Below are positions 63,851 to 64,000 of a DNA stretch of 64,000 nt, piece after piece (position 1 is the first letter of the stretch; each line of letters begins with the position of its first letter). The notes below the pieces were generated by a model. The model searched no databases and was not told the DNA's origin. It saw nothing but the letters and a program-made list of their open reading frames with translations. Both the position numbers and the translations under genes were made by a program. Source of the DNA: Nemertoderma westbladi (lineage: Eukaryota; Animalia; Xenacoelomorpha); contig JAUCBJ010007863.1 in NCBI GenBank assembly GCA_032718475.1, positions 1 through 64,000 of the forward strand. The letters run 5' to 3'.

Positions 63851-64000
63851 CGTATAGAAGGTGTTTCCTTTATAAACTAACGTGTAGAAGGTGTTTCCTT
63901 TATAAACTAACGTATAAAAGGTGTTTCCTTTATAAACTAACGTATAGAAGGTGTTTCCTTTATAAACTAACGTATATAAGGTGTTTCCTTTATAAACTAA
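63851..64000 (+). repeat. 30-bp satellite resumes
   Basis: Five units to the window end. Confidence 0.98.

Overview
Eukaryotic (animal-type) heterochromatic window with no host protein-coding gene. The backbone is a 30-bp satellite (consensus CCTTTATAAACTAACGTATAGAAGGTGTTT, about 27 kb in total, always the same orientation) carrying nested mobile elements. (1) Two copies of an element end (1-944, 5734-6632) whose last 161 bp are the inverted copy of the first 161 bp of a 3'-truncated BEL/Pao gag-pol element (6718-12513), which has no recognisable direct LTR. (2) A CR1/L2-group LINE (about 32940-38709) split by a Penelope-like element with a 13-bp TSD, a minimal hammerhead-like motif and a Thr-rich in-frame insert. 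(3) A complete but decayed 23.8-kb BEL/Pao element (40019-63850, TSD CGTAT). It has 1.9-kb LTRs ending TAT...ATA, no tRNA primer-binding site but an 11-nt complement of the post-LTR sequence inside its own LTR, a tRNA-like gene in U3, an extra ORF with a DEDDy-type 3'-5' exonuclease plus CCHC knuckles, and eight dispersed copies of one stem-loop motif. This element hosts a MULE-type MITE, an RTE-X-like fragment and a tandem pair of 2-kb insertions in the tRNA-like A box, each holding a Harbinger-type MITE. The long ORFs over the satellite are artefacts. All calls come from reading the sequence by eye; no searches were run.
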